In this document: piece by piece, positions 1 to 14,936 of the stretch
Layout: every line of letters begins with the position of its first letter
Numbering within the stretch: position 1 is the first letter of the stretch
Source of the DNA: Trichoplax adhaerens
Lineage: Eukaryota > Animalia > Placozoa
NCBI RefSeq assembly: GCF_000150275.1
Contig: NW_002060943.1
Location: 5,786,008 to 5,850,007, forward strand
Reading direction: 5' to 3'
Length of the DNA: 64,000 nt
Program-made: the position numbers and the translations under genes
Notes under the pieces: generated by a model
What the model was told of the DNA's origin: nothing
Seen by the model: the letters and a program-made list of their open reading frames with translations, nothing else
Database searches by the model: none

Positions 1-324
1 AAACCAAGTAAGAATACTACCCGTACTAACTCAAATTAATACTACTTAAATTTGAAAAGAGAAAGTGATTAATTATTGAGATTTATAGAATATATAACAT
101 AAGTTGGTGTCGCCAGATAATAGCAAAATAGGTACCGCATTAGTCGCAACGAATGTTGTAATTCAAATAGTGTAATTAACTTATAGCATACTTTACCTAA
201 CCGTAAATATTTACTATCACTGTCTCCTTTACAGTCCGTTTTGTGAAATGCTTGCATCAATATTTAAATATCATCATTTTACATTTGATCAACAATTATA
301 CCTCTTTATAATGCTCGACTTTAG

Positions 325-3300
325 ATTAAATTTTACTATCATGCATATGGTTCAAGTTTGGGTAAACTTCAGATATATGCAATGTATCCAAGAATTAAGC
401 AATCAATATATCCTATCAAGAATGTTAGCTTCTATTCTCTTAATTCATGGCGCTCATTTTCTACAACATTTCGCCCACTTCATAATCCATATCGTGTAAG
501 TAATGTAACTTACCAGCATTTATCTTTGAACATAATCATTAAATAAATAATATGAGTAAATAAATAATGCTTGACTATGGCATGATATTAATAACTTGAA
601 TAAAATTGTCTAACTTCAAATATGCTAGATAAAATAAAATCATATTTCGATACGAAATCTACAGGAATTCATATGAGATCATTTATTTTCCATGCTGTAT
701 AACTAGGTTATTATTCGTGGAGTCGTCGGATCATCATTTAAAAGCGATATTGCCATCGATGATATCTTCGTCTCTGCAAATGGTAAATTATAAAAACAAT
801 ATTATCTAACATTCGTTGTTCGACAAGATTATTTAGCAATCAAGTCATACAACTATATTTTGACATACTTTTTGGGTACCTCATAAATAGAGAAGCAGTG
901 CTATACTCGGAATAATGATGTCTATCGAGGGTCAACTTCTACCACCCAGTCTGGTTTAACATGCCAATCATGGAGTTCACAGTATCCTCATTCTCATCCT
1001 TTTACTCCATCAAATTATTCTAACAGCGATCTTATATCTAATTATTGTCGAAATCCCGGTGGAGTGCGCAATGGTCCATGGTGCTATACGATCTCTTCCC
1101 ATCATTCTTGGGAATATTGCAATATACAACTTTGCGCTTCTCCACCTAGCAGCACAGCAGAGTACCCTTTAGGGGGTATGTTATGATATACTGGTAGATA
1201 ATTGAAATAAAGCTAATAATTGCAGTTAAGGACGCTGCATCTCTAATAATATAGATATTAAAATACATTACGCACTATGAGAAAATTTAAATTGAGTTTC
1301 ACTAGTAGTTAAAATGAAGAAAATTATCCTCGAGATCTATGTTAACCAAACATACAGCATAGCTTACAAATATAACTCTTTCGAATCATTGTATATAGCT
1401 TACTTTACTTTATTATTATCGACGACTTAACGATAAATATATTAATTGTTATTGATCACACGTGAGTATAAACACATGGTAAAATATTTTAAATTGAAAT
1501 TTATCATATTTCATTAACTTGCATACTTATATTTCTTACATCTTCATCTCTACGTAGTTCGCTATCCAGTTGCATTAGTTAATTTGGACGATGGTAATCT
1601 TAACGTGGGTCGCGTAGTTATTTATCATAACGGCAGATGGGGTACTATCTGTAAAACGGGACTATCAAATCAAATTATGGGTCTATTTTGTCAGCAAGCT
1701 GGTCTTGGAAACTCAGGCTCTCCACAGAATGGTAGGTTGTATCGCATCGTGGCATTTTATCCTTAATTATTAGTAATTTAACCGATAGATTGCAGTATTT
1801 CACTGTGATATTCGCATCCACATTCGCGTATTATATTTTTCACTAAGACCTACTAAATATATTGATTAGTAAGATTGTTAAAATAAAATCCTATTTTTAC
1901 TCGCTTGCTTTCTTTAGGAATCGTTAATAATAACCATGGGTTTATGTGGCTAGATAGTAACAGCATTTCGTGTTCATCAAACGCAACTTCCCTCATTCAT
2001 TGTTTTATGGGACCATGGGGAAGCACTTGCGGACATACTAATGATCTTTGGCTAATGTGCTCCGGCCCTTCTCCCATACTTCCACGTTAGTAAAGTTTGA
2101 AGAGGAGATAAATTGTTACAACTTCTGTCTTAATATCAAAGCAAACATCTTAAATTCCATGCATAACAGAAAAAAAAATTCCATCAACTATCCGTGTTGA
2201 TTGCTTTCTTACTTTAATTTTCTTTCTAACGCCTCTTCTACCAGCGATTCCGAGTTCATATCAGCTGTTCCTTAGAGGAGGATATAATTATTCTAGTGGC
2301 CGAATTGATGTCAATTATAATGGTCAGCCTGGTATTATGTGCTCCACATCTTGGGATATTTATACTGCAGATGTCGTTTGTCGCCAGCTGGGTTATGTTG
2401 GGGCATATTCTTGCAATTGTAAGTAATTTTTGAATTTCTCTATGTACTAAACATACTAAACTTGTTAAGGCGTGATACCTACTATGCGTAATAATGAATA
2501 TGAAGTACCAACTTGAGCCGCATAATCAAGCTAATAAGTTAAACTTTTCTAAACAGCGACAGCAATTTCAAGACCTTCAGGGCTAACTGCAAAAATTAGC
2601 TATATAAGATGTAATGGGTATGAACCAACTATCGATGGATGTACTATAGCAACCTCTAACTCTATTTGCCAGTCATCAAATATCAACGTTGTATCGTGTA
2701 GGCCAGGGAGTCCAAAAACTGGTAAGCAATCGATAATATTACTTCCTCTAGTAAGCCATTCTAGCGTGATGAAATCTTATACAGATAAATCACTGACTCT
2801 AAGCTTAAAGCTATACTCAAATTATCAAATTGTATTAATATAGTATTTAACCTATATGATTTTGCCATTCAGATAATTATAATGAGCCTGAAGATTGTTC
2901 CTTTCAAAACGGATTTTGCGGTTGGACAACAATAGGACCTGTAACTTGGATTTGGTACCCTAACGAAGTGGGACATTTCAACCCTTTTTCGACTCCTAGC
3001 GGTTAGTCGTAGTCGTAATTGAATATTTTAGCAATTGAATACCATCCACAAAAATACGCATAGGTATTATGGCTAAGAGTAAACTTCCGCGGAGTTATAA
3101 TCTTCCGTGATAAAATAAAATATAATTCCTAATAATTCAAAAAGCTTAATAATATCTTTCCGTTTTCTTTTTAGATATACCCTTTTTATATGTTTATAGG
3201 CCTTCTAGTGGCTCTGCTCCTATCTCAGCTTTGTTGACTAGTCCATTATTCACCGAAGAATCTTCAGAACAATATGTAATGAAATAGATTATATTTAGAC

Positions 3301-5134
3301 CTCATCAGTAAATATCGTTGATGAAATCCAATGTCACTGTTACGAAAAATGAATTGATTAATTATTTCCATAGATAACCTTCGATTACATTGTTACTGGT
3401 ACAGCCTTTGACTATCTGGAAATTAGTTACAAGCTAAGTAGCGGAAAGGAAAATATTATATATCAACACCGTATAGATACAACGGTATCAACTTGGACTA
3501 TCGCTTCGACTGACAAGATTGATACCGATGAAAGTTTCACAGTAAGTTTCACGAAGTTATTTACCCAATTCAAGATAAGATAACTGTCTATAGATTGCAT
3601 AATATATAAATGAGTACATAAGTTATTTATATTCACAACACTTGTACACAGGTAATTTATCCTGCATGTGATCTTAAAATAGCTAAACAATTTTAGGTGT
3701 AGTGATATAAACTATTAGTTACAGTAGCTTATATATAATATAATTTATCCTCTGATTCCAAAAGATTATCATAATTAATTCACTTCGTTTTTGCACATCA
3801 AGATTTACTTAAGCATATGGCTACTTTATTCAATTTAACTGTAAAAATTTATTTTAAATCATTAGATAAAAATCATGTGCAGATCAGTCAGCACTTCTAC
3901 GGGATCAGTTGCTTCGGCTATAGGAATTAGGAGAATAAATTTTCAAGATGAAAATTCTAAACATGGTTAGTATAAAGTGAAACAGCAAGATATACGAAAT
4001 TATTTTCGCAAGAAGATAGACATAGCTGCATCTATATCCAGTTTTAATATTTGCAGTGATTCTCATCACCTCTATCTATTTAGGACGTTTCCTCAATATC
4101 CCTGGTATTGCAGTAGGTTGTGCAATTGGTATCATAATTATTATATTTATAATTTTATACGTTTATAAAAGATCTCAGCAAAGGCAATCGGTAAATACTG
4201 TGGTTACTCCTTCGAATATACAAAGACAAACAACCAGGATTATTAATAGTGAACCATCAAATAGTCGAATTGATACAACAGCAACGAATAACTTAGCATC
4301 CACGACTATAAGTAAAAGAGTTATTAATTCGGCTTCTACTCCTGTAACTTCAGCCGCCCAATCATCAGGTAAAATTGAATAATTTATTTGCATTTGAAGT
4401 TTGCATATACTTTTATTAGTGCTGAGTTATCAATGGCTCTTATCTGTGACGTTCGCTTTATAATGTATTAGGTTAAATATGCTATTTATCTTAGAATTAC
4501 CTTATACCCGTAACTATACCTAATTGTTTGATATATTCCTTTGCATGTTGTATCTGCACATGTAAAATAGTCTGTTCTGACTTTAAGTCATCGCAAATAC
4601 TAGATAAACCGTGCATCTTTCGCTCCATTTACGACAACTTTTCCACCAATAACTTGATACTTACGATAGATAACCCCATAATTAAAACTGTTTAAAACAT
4701 TGGACTAAACAATTTATGTAATATATACTTTTAATTTATTAAGGAGTGATTTACCCAGCACCCTGTGGGATTTCTAATTCTGGCAATCGAGTCAATCAAT
4801 TTGGTTCCAATACTTGCTTCCATAGTAGTGAGCTACCTCATTCAGTTAACTGTAACGTCAATCCTGTTATGCCATTCCCAATGACCTCAACCGGTATGTT
4901 ACTGGCTTTCATAGCAATCATCTATTAAGACATTACATTTCTGTTTAATGTAATAAAATGAGAAAGAATTGTTTAATTTTAAATATTGTTTGTCTTGGTA
5001 AATATTAATATTATTTTCGTTATCATATTCTAATAGTTACAGTATCCTTTACCGATCCACCACCAAATTATGAAATAGCCATGCAACAACAAAACAATGA
5101 GCACGAGACACAACAGTGCAGTAATCGAACGTAA
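325..5134 (+). CDS. MAM-kringle-SRCR-SRCR-MAM single-pass receptor, paralog 1 (5' part lies upstream of the window)
   Basis: Phase-consistent GT-AG exons: 325-495, 707-782 (MAM end, DIAIDDI), 891-1175 (kringle CY..YRG..CQSW..NYCRNP..PWCY..WEYC), 1558-1731 and 1918-2085 (SRCR1, GRVVIYHNGRWGTIC), 2246-2418 and 2557-2721 (SRCR2, ADVVCRQLGY, CNGYE), 2873-3001, 3175-3275, 3374-3541, 3866-3965 (MAM2, CSFQNGFCGW), 4084-4368 (TM IAVGCAIGIIIIIFIILYVY then KR), 4744-4893, 5037-5134 (DPPPNYE...stop). Confidence 0.88.
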
Positions 5135-7956
5135 CTGATTGTAACTATTGCAACAAGAAAATTATTATCAAAAGTGATACTTCGGAAGATTGTGTCAGTC
5201 ATTATCGCGCAAAATTACAAGAGCATTTTTTGTCAAGTTAGCAGTCTTTGTTGGCACTAGTGCGAGGAGGAAAATCATGCTAGCATCTAGCGTCAATAAC
5301 GACGTGAACTGATCGAATACTTATAGCAGAGTAGAATATAAAACATACAAGCTTAGCGTATAATCAGCAGAATTAACAAACGAAATCGATGCACTGAGGT
5401 GTTTTTATAACGTAAAAAGTACAGTAGGAGAAAATTGTTCAAATGCAGATGAGTAATAAGTATCACTTACTTTTATGTTAGGAGTTTTCTGCGGTATAAT
5501 TGGATTAGAGAATAAATAGAATTCGACTTTGTAAATATTACGCTGTATATCGATCATGCAAATATGGGGTAATACTACAGTACAAGAGAGATTTCTACTC
5601 ATAATAGAATATACTGTATATAAAAATCTATGCTACAATCAATATCTTGTTATTAAAGTTATACTTTTAAGACATTTTCCTATTCATTAAATATTTTTAT
5701 GTTCATATGAAACTAAAGATATCTTTATCTGAAATAATAGTATGTTGATCGCTAGCAATAATCTACGAACGCTCGATTTATGATATTTTCATACATACGA
5801 TTCTCAATTTTGTCCAATAACTATTGCAAAAATTTTTATGCCGAATAGGACAATAAAACACGGAGTTATATGCTGCAAAATTCACTATACTAAACCGTTG
5901 AAATGTTATAATAACGCAATTTTATGATTAATTGAATTCAGCACAAATACCTTCTAATACATTATTACAGTTTTGGCTGTATTTACATTACTATTATGAA
6001 TCACTTTAAGAATGTTTACTACTTAAAATTATGCTAAAGCAATTTAATAGAGCATTTTAAATGCACCTACACGAAAGAATCATAAACAGGTATAGTAGGG
6101 TGTGAGACTTTAAAGCTATAGCCTGTAATAACATCTACTGTCTGTTGTCTCGGCTATCTCTATCAATCTATTTACAGCCGAGTATACTACCAAGACAAAA
6201 TGGAACGAACATGATCATATTTATTTACGATTATACCATTTTGTGACATTAGTATGCACTATGTTGGATTTACTAATCTTTATGGCTGTTGTATGCAGTA
6301 CAATAGTGAACGAGCTTGAAGCGATACCTTAAAAGCAAAAAGTTAGTTACAGCACTTAAATAGAACTTGAAAATTTTCTCAAAGACTGGCCAATCTCTAC
6401 AGATTCCATTTTTACCCATATTAACTTTAAAATTATATAATCCAATGGATAACAATTTTATCAGAGTCCATTCCGATGAAACTATATTAAATCAAATTCT
6501 ACTGTGCATATCCTTACTTATCAAGTGGTTATTTCTCTGTAGTGATGCACCCGTATTTGATTATAAGGATAGCTATATTTGATATAGTTAGGTTACTCTA
6601 AATAGATATTATAATCGTGAAGCTAATATTAGATGATTGCTAACTACTACATTAGAAATTGTTGATGACTAATATTAGCCAGTTGACTAAATATGATACA
6701 AGATTTATGTGGCTAGAAACACTGTAGTTGTTAAGATGCCCTTCGGAGAAAGGGGCTACACGATAATAGGAGAGTACAGCGACATCTTAAGTAGAATGAT
6801 TTCGATTGTAGAAAATAATGATATCCTATTTGAGAAAAGTATTTTGTTTGATGACACATGCCTGATTGTAGATGAATCAAGTTGCCATGAATGGATTTAA
6901 CGAAATTTATATAAGAATTACAGGGATGAGCTCACGAGGGAGAAGAGACTTGACTTCGCTTTGAGTTGGGAATACTTTCGATTTTAGACTAGATTCTTGT
7001 CGTAATTCATTATTGCTCTACTTTTCCTAAAACCTTGTAATAAAAGCCATTTAGAAAACAGCATTTGACTAAGATAGTTATTAAGAGACACTTTTATTAC
7101 ACTCTCTCCAACAAATATGGTGTGAATATCTTTTAGGCTATTGAGCTGACTGTAATTATAATTTAGCATATAATATTGAAGTATTTTACAAATGAAAGCA
7201 GTCTTCTTACAAGGCAGAATATGAAACAAATTTTTGAAAACAAATAATATCAATACCGCACCATATCGTATTGATTATGGACATTTAACTTTAAATTACA
7301 ATTATTGACGAAAGGCAATAACAGAGTAATTCTGCAACATCTGTATTCCTGACGATGATTATTATTTTTAACTTTAGCGTCTATTCTACGTATAAACGAG
7401 TTATCTTTAAGAATTAATACCTTTATCAATTTTCTGTAAGGCATGTATATAATATATATACACTCTATCTCTTCAATCCATGAACAGCTATTTTAATGAT
7501 TACACTTCTATGGAACAGAGTATTTCTCTGTAATTTTACGATATAAATCATGAAGGTTATATTGTCCAATGTACGAGTTATAGATTATAACAGTGTAACG
7601 AGATCAAGAATCTGAGATTTTTGAGCTTTCCTTTCCTTTAGCCTACTTTATTTGGAAGCCCAAGCCAAGCACGATATCATACACACGTTAACGAGACATA
7701 AGAAATGTGACAACAAATCAGTTCTAGTACGAACGTAACTATAGTATCATATCCTAACAGTACGTGAACATTTCTAGCATGCGATCTTAATCTAGTACAT
7801 TATACAGTAGATATGATGTAGATAAGCCGTAAATAGTATTGTACGATATCTAGGATTCCCCACGTTCTATGGCGCGTACACTACAAGGTAACAAGCAGTA
7901 GTTTACAGGACAGGCGATGTTACGACAAAGAGGAAAGTCCCTGATTCTAATTAGCT

Positions 7957-8079
7957 TCGAATAGAAACTTTTCTACTGTCTAAAATGATGCAAATTCATC
8001 CAGAACTTTATGAGCTCGTCGAATAGAAACTTTACTACTGTCTAAAAAGATGCAAATTCAGCCAGAGCTTTATGAGCTC
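7957..8079. repeat. Direct tandem duplication, ~61 bp x2
   Basis: TCGAATAGAAACTTT(T/A)CTACTGTCTAAAA(T/A)GATGCAAATTCA..TTTATGAGCTC occurs at 7957 and 8019. Confidence 0.9.
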
Positions 8080-9224
8080 TGCATTGCACTCATGCGCCAG
8101 TTTGAAGCTTGGTTGACCATGACGTCATTATTGGCGCGACAGCAATAGTACTTTCCTCTAGAAAGTTGAAGTCCGCTCCCTTTTACAGTACTGTACTGTA
8201 CTTCGACTAGTTTAGAATGCTTGAGGTCAAAGATTACAGAATGATTAAAGCAGTTGCTATAAGATGCACAAAATATAGCCCTGCGACGAAGAGTTCATAT
8301 CCAATGATTGATGATAAAGGATGAAAAAGGGCAAAATAAAATGTTGAAATTTGCTATTCTAATACACTAATGAATAGTTCAAAAATCTATTTTTAAATTG
8401 TGCCTATTGTTTCGACAATCGCCATACAATAGGATTCCAGTGGACGGTACGGTACGGCACGGTAACGGTAACGTATTGTTATTCATCACAGATCCAAGGC
8501 AAACCGCCCTAGTGCCTGATAACGACCGTAGTTTCGATTGTTACCATGTGTTTTACATACCCTGTTTCGAGTGAGGCGTTGTGCCTATACTGTACACTCA
8601 TTTAATGACTGTACTACACACTACACAGTCTACCATAGTATGGTGGTACTCGTTTTACGTCACTCATTATGTAAACATCCTTTTGCTGCGGCCTGCAATG
8701 ATGTGGATAGGGTACTAGAGTGTTGCAGACAGGAGATAGTAAGCGCTAAGCCTGATATATCGATAATCATCATTAAACGTCCAACAAAACTCTTTCTATT
8801 GAAATCATAATTACAATATGATCATGAAGTTTACTATGGCTAGCTGATGATCATCTTGTTAACGGCAATGCCATGCCCCCTCAAAGCTATATAAGGCGAT
8901 GTACTTGATATCGACCAGACAAAGTGCTCTACTGTCGATGGGTATAACGTTGAAAGAGAATTTGACAACCTTGTAAATAATTTCATTCTTGACTGGATAT
9001 CGATTTCGTTTAATAACCATCTAGTGGTAGTTTAAGTTAATCGATTTATCTTGATTTTGAAGTAGTAGTGGCTTATCTAAAAGTGTTCAACTATTGTAAT
9101 AGACAGTAGCATCGATATAAATAATAGAATAGTCAGGGTTATCTTTTATCTTACATTGCAGTTGCACTAGATTACTGTAGGAATAGTTATTGTATAGCTA
9201 GGTCAAAAAGCCAAACACTGCAAC

Positions 9225-12200
9225 ATGATTGACTTCCGTCAAGACATGATAATGATGTTACTACTATCCTTCCTACTTCTTACATCAAGTATCAATGGGA
9301 ATCAAGATGGCGATACGAATTTGCACCCAATACGTCGTTTTAAAAGATCGGGCTTTAATGTTACATCAGTCTATAACTTTACAGGTATGCAGGCTAAAAC
9401 GGAATACAACAAAATTCCCCAGGCTTGCTGTAGAACGCAATCGTACTAATTATTGCATAATTGGAGCCTTTCACTCTATTGTAAACTAATAGTAGAACAT
9501 AGATAGTCCATTAAAAATGACAGTAATGTTAGGGTTCTTGTACGATAAAATACATATGTTACCAATAATTTACTATTATTTACTCTTAAATCGGATTTAA
9601 AAAATCTCATTTATAGTTGTACAATAGGATAATACGTGTATTTTAACTGTAGGTTAAGTGCATTATTCAAAGATTTCTAACATCGAAATTGTATTTTACT
9701 AGTTCCACCGGTTTACTATTCTCACTGCAGCTTTGATAATGGTACTTGTGGCTGGAATCAATTACAAAACATTGATTTCTTTGATTGGACACGTCTCAAT
9801 ACACGCACTCCTAGTTCTACTACAGGACCTAATCATGATCATACTCAAGGCAACAGTAAGTGCGAGCTGCCATTAATAGTGCAACGTAGTAGGTACCTAT
9901 CTTATTCTATCATGTGAAAATAATCGACATACTTTCAAGCATTAACTGATTTAATAAATGACTTAAAATAAGTTTCTTACCTATTTTAACTTTAAAACAA
10001 TGCTTTTCCTTGATTACTTTTAACACAGGCTCTGGCTATTACATGTATATTGAAGCAACACAGAATAAACATGGCCAATACGCCGATTTAATTAGCCCTC
10101 CATTGTTGTTATCAGCTTTTGGCTCTAGTGTCCAGGTAGGAAATCATTAATAAATCAAGTTAGGATCGACTTAGACGGCAGTAAATGTCTCATTTTTCTG
10201 TCGTTCAAGATCGAAATTAGGCATAATTTACGGTTAAGATGTATCGGAAGGCCAGTTCGTGAAATTTTCTAAAATATTATTTTTGTTAATTAATTTATGT
10301 AGGTATCATTTTACTACTACGCTTACGGTGACAACTTGGCCGAACTTAGTATCTACGTGATGTATCCGCGATATGAGAGCGCCCCTATATTAATAAAGAA
10401 TATGACACTAGTTTCTAGACAAGCTTGGATATTAGCTGTTATTCCATTTAAACCGAAATATAGCACTTACCGAGTGAGTATTAACCAACCGATTGCAAAT
10501 ACGAATAGAAGATAATGCTAGAGTATCTACAACTGACAGTACCAATATGATCAGTATCTTGATTAGAGCCAGTTTTCATGTATAGATTTTCTCACTTAAT
10601 TACGTAATGAAATTGTATACTTGAAATTATTTTGGAAGCCGATATATTACTCTCTCTACAAGCTGATACATATTCGATATTACCGATAATATGCCTATAG
10701 TAAGATGACTCACTTGTTGAATAATAATATTGACATTATTTAATAGATCTTATTTCGTGGAGTTATTGGCTCTACATACTCTAGCGATATCGCTATTGAT
10801 GATGTTTCTGTTACTCCTATCGGTGAGCGACGGTAGTCATAGGTTATTTTGGTGGATACTTTAGCTTCGCAACAAATAGCCACGCGTTAATTTTTCAATT
10901 TTCAATGCTGCAATCACTTCACAGAAAGGTCTTGCTATACTGGTAATGGCGAATTTTATCATGGAACGATTAGGACAGCTGTTGGGGGACTCTCGTGTGA
11001 ACCTTGGAGTCTATTCAATACTACCTTTAATAATCAAACTGGAAATAATTTTGTTAAAAATTACTGCCGTAACCCTATCGGAATGGTTCGAAATCGGCCT
11101 TGGTGCTATACCAACTCGACCACAGGCCAATGGAAATACTGCAATGTAGAAAAATGTATTCGTCTTCCGATTTCTGGTTCAACCTATCCCCTTGGAAGTT
11201 AGTGCATGAGTTATTCACTTAAAGTTAATATAGACTTGCGAAAGTAATATTTCAATATTTTTACATCCGATGAAATATGTCCATTCGCTCATTTTAAACT
11301 TCTTATCTCATATGGCAATCACTATTACAACAATTATTGCTCGCACTACTTTACAATGATAGTTGTCACGGACTTGTTATAAGATTAATTTTTGTTTTAA
11401 GGTCGGGTTCCCATGGCATTCGTAGCCAATGCACGAGTAATACCTTATTTAGGTCGAGTGGTCGTATATCATGATGGTCAATGGGGCACTATCTGTAATG
11501 AAGGTTTAACAGATTTAAAAGTCGAATTAATGTGCCAAAGCTTCGGTTTTGCAAACTCTGGAATTTCGACATGTACGTTTTATAGCGGCGAAAAGCGATT
11601 CTATAACCTATACACTGTAGGCACATTCAATCGCCATAGGGCATAGAAAGTTCGCTGAAACTGTATTACATTAAAATTGAAGAAACTCGCATACTACATC
11701 GTAACCCAAATTTTATTTTTGCTGGTATTTATTTACACAGATAGTGGAAGGAAGAGCAGCGGACTAGTTTGGATAAACGCCTCCAATATCAACTGCGACC
11801 CCTCTATGTCAACTATACAAAACTGTGATTTCAATCCATGGGGTAGCTCCTGTTCAACTGATCTTGATACTTGGCTTATTTGCCGGTCTAAAACAGGTAG
11901 CCTATCACATTATGACCAATAAGATTTCTACTTTGATATTGTTACTTTCTAAGATACGAGTTTAAATGCAAAAGAAATAGGATTGAGATTCCGCTAGTAA
12001 ATTATGAAAAATTTGTAGATCTAGTTAGTGATACAGGTCATGTATGATAAAATGGCGGTGATACTGTTTTTTATGTTTCATTAATTCATGAAACATTAAC
12101 AATCATCGCTTAGTAATTATTTACTGACATTGATTGTTTAAGTTATCTTAATGTCTAACGAGTTATAAGCTGCAAGTGATATAAAATGGTGACGCATTGA

Positions 12201-14936
12201 TACAGGACAACACCGCAATTTATTAGCCATACACAAAACTATGAAAATTAATGATTTATTTGTATAGAGAGCAGTACCTCTTTTTCGCCTTTGTCATTAG
12301 CTCTTTGAATAAGTAACTTGATATTCTATGCGTAAAATCAATGACCAATGTTGTATTCTATCCAATAGCTACAGTATCGCCATCAACAATTCCTAGAAAG
12401 TCATACGATTTAAGTTTGATAAATAGAAAAAACACAACGACTGGTATTATCTACGCCAGTACCAGCGAAAATGGGTACCGGCATGGGGTCATCTGTCCTC
12501 GATCACGGGATATCAACGATGCTGATGTTGCTTGTCGACAGATGGGTTACCTTGGCGCGTATTCTTATTACAGTAAGTGAGAAAATATTGTATAAATACA
12601 CATGGAAAAGCCGATAAAGATATACTGCTATGGTTAACTCGTCAATTTTTAATCACCCAATTTCAGTTAACGTCGACAGCACTGCGACACAATCAACGTT
12701 GATTAACTCCATCAATTGCAAAGGCTACGAAAATTCAATCGAATATTGCCAAGTAACGGAACCAACAACCTCCAATACTTGCAACTATAATGATATGTTC
12801 GCTGTTTCATGCAGACCTGCACAAAAATCTTACAGTTAGTACTAGCTTGCGATAAAGTCCAAAATGTTTCTTGTTATCATAAAATCACGATGCAATATAC
12901 GAGGAATTATAAAGGTGTGCTCTTATTCCAATATCTAACGGTTTTCTACGGTTACAGCAACCTCAAACAAGCCTTCAAACTGTGAATTTCTTCATGGACA
13001 ATGTGGATGGAAAGCCAATGGAAATCCAACATGGATATGGTATGGTTCTTACCGAAAATATACTCAATTGGATAAATGTAAGATCTATTTATTTATTAAT
13101 GATGTATCCAGCTAGTATCTGATTATCCAATTACGAAGCGACTAATGCGATTATCATGATCTTTGATAGATGAATTTTATATACAATTTATAAAGCCAGC
13201 AGGCTACACAAAACCAATAAAAGCTGTACTAACTAGCCCGTATTTTCAACGAAAACAATCTGCAGTTTATGTAAGACCTTGCTATGTCAGCGCTATGGTC
13301 GTACTCCTATTCCTAATGAAGATAAATCTAACTTACTTTCTGTACGAACTTTTTTCAGGTTTCGTATTACTATTATTTAACGAGTAATGACTTTGACAAA
13401 ATAACGACAAGATACGGATACAAGGGATCTGTGTATACTTACAGCGTATACACATTCTATGTACCACAACGAAGTCTATACCGTTGGTATTATTCACGGT
13501 CAAGTTACTTCTATCCAAGCCGCGACTCATCATTTAAAGTAAATATGCGTACATTGCTACGCTATGAAAAAACATGATTTTAAAACTAGTCGAAAGTCGA
13601 TTACGACTTACGTTCTGAAAATAAACAAAATGCATAACGTACATTAGAATACAGCAATAACAAACTAGTTCAATACGTATCTTTGAAAACACTTGCAATA
13701 TTGTATTATCCTAAATCTTAAAATAGATTGAAATCGTCTGCCAGTCAAAAAGTACGCCTGGAAGTTCATCAGTGGGTGCTATAGGGCTAGATAATCTTTA
13801 TGTGCATGGCGTAGATGACGAGTCCGGTAAATTACTTGCAATGTCTTTACATCGATTAAAAATATTTCATTAACAAGGGCTTCTGATTAAGTAAATGGTA
13901 TAATCAATTTTAGGTTCAGGTCTATCTTCAAGTACTGTAGCCCGTATAGTAATTGGCTGCAGCGTAGGCTTTGGAGCATTAATAGTATATGCGATATTCT
14001 CTTACGCTGCAAAGAGGAGACGAAATCGCGCTGCTAGAAATGTTTCTCGTTCAGCTACGAGCAGATCGCGTAGAAACAATCTATCTTCTAGTGGAATAAC
14101 TAGGCTAACATCAGATGATAGTAGTTCAGCTCATGATCCGATGAATTTTAGCTCTCCGGTACCGCCACCAAGTACGCATAACCTAACTTTCTAAAATGAA
14201 ACTTTAAATTTATAGTTATTACAGTAAGGAAATCTTTATTGCACTATAAAGTCTAGTAAAAATATTCAAGAATCAATATTCTTTAACTAGGTGGTAACCA
14301 ATTTATGCTAACAAATACTATAATTTTAATTATTATGTAAAGTAATCATATAGGTCCTGACCTTACTATACTATTGCATCAATTAAAATATGAAATTTAA
14401 CTAAGACAATTTTACTTCTCTTATTTGAAAAACTCAGGCTATCCATCCGTAGTGAGCGACCAAAATACAGGTAAAATCTTTATAATATATTATTTCTTTA
14501 TCTATTCCTTTGTATATGATGTTACCCATAGATGAAAATGTTACTTGTCTTAAAAGATAGTTAACCTTATAATCTAAACTGTTATAATCTTTGTAGGCGA
14601 TCCAAATACATCCCAAACTTCGGCCTCAGGTAAAATATCATAGATATGTGAAACAAAATATTATTGGCCACTGATATAATTGCGATTGATTAAATTATTT
14701 ACTTTACTTAATCAGGAATTGCTACAGCTAGTGGAAATTCGCAAAATAATGATTCCAATTATCCAATGAACTCGAGTGCTCAGACACAATATGCAAATCC
14801 TGCAGGTATTGATAATAAGAAAGCGATTATTCCGGAATCCATCTTAACAAAAACTCTAAACTCCTGACGTTATTGAATTTTTCTTTTAGCAAAATTGCCG
14901 CCTCCACCATCCTATGATGATTCATCATTTATCTAA
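9225..14936 (+). CDS. MAM-kringle-SRCR-SRCR-MAM single-pass receptor, paralog 2 (complete, 18 exons)
   Basis: Exons 9225-9384 (signal peptide, RRFKR), 9703-9855, 10029-10135, 10303-10473, 10747-10822 (MAM1: CSFDNGTCGW, TGPNHDHT, GYYMYIE, LISP, DIAIDDV), 10925-11197 (kringle), 11402-11572, 11741-11896 (SRCR1), 12369-12572, 12667-12834 (SRCR2), 12958-13077, 13170-13270, 13359-13538, 13727-13826 (MAM2), 13914-14171 (TM IVIGCSVGFGALIVYAIFSYAA then KRRR), 14597-14629, 14716-14805, 14890-14936 (LPPPPSYDDSSFI*). Reading frame stays open across all junctions. Confidence 0.9.

Noticed and set aside
8119-8128. Palindromic CRE-like site ATGACGTCAT ~1.1 kb upstream of paralog 2
   Set aside because: It is a single short motif. 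TGACGTCA also occurs in AMT introns, so chance occurrence is plausible.
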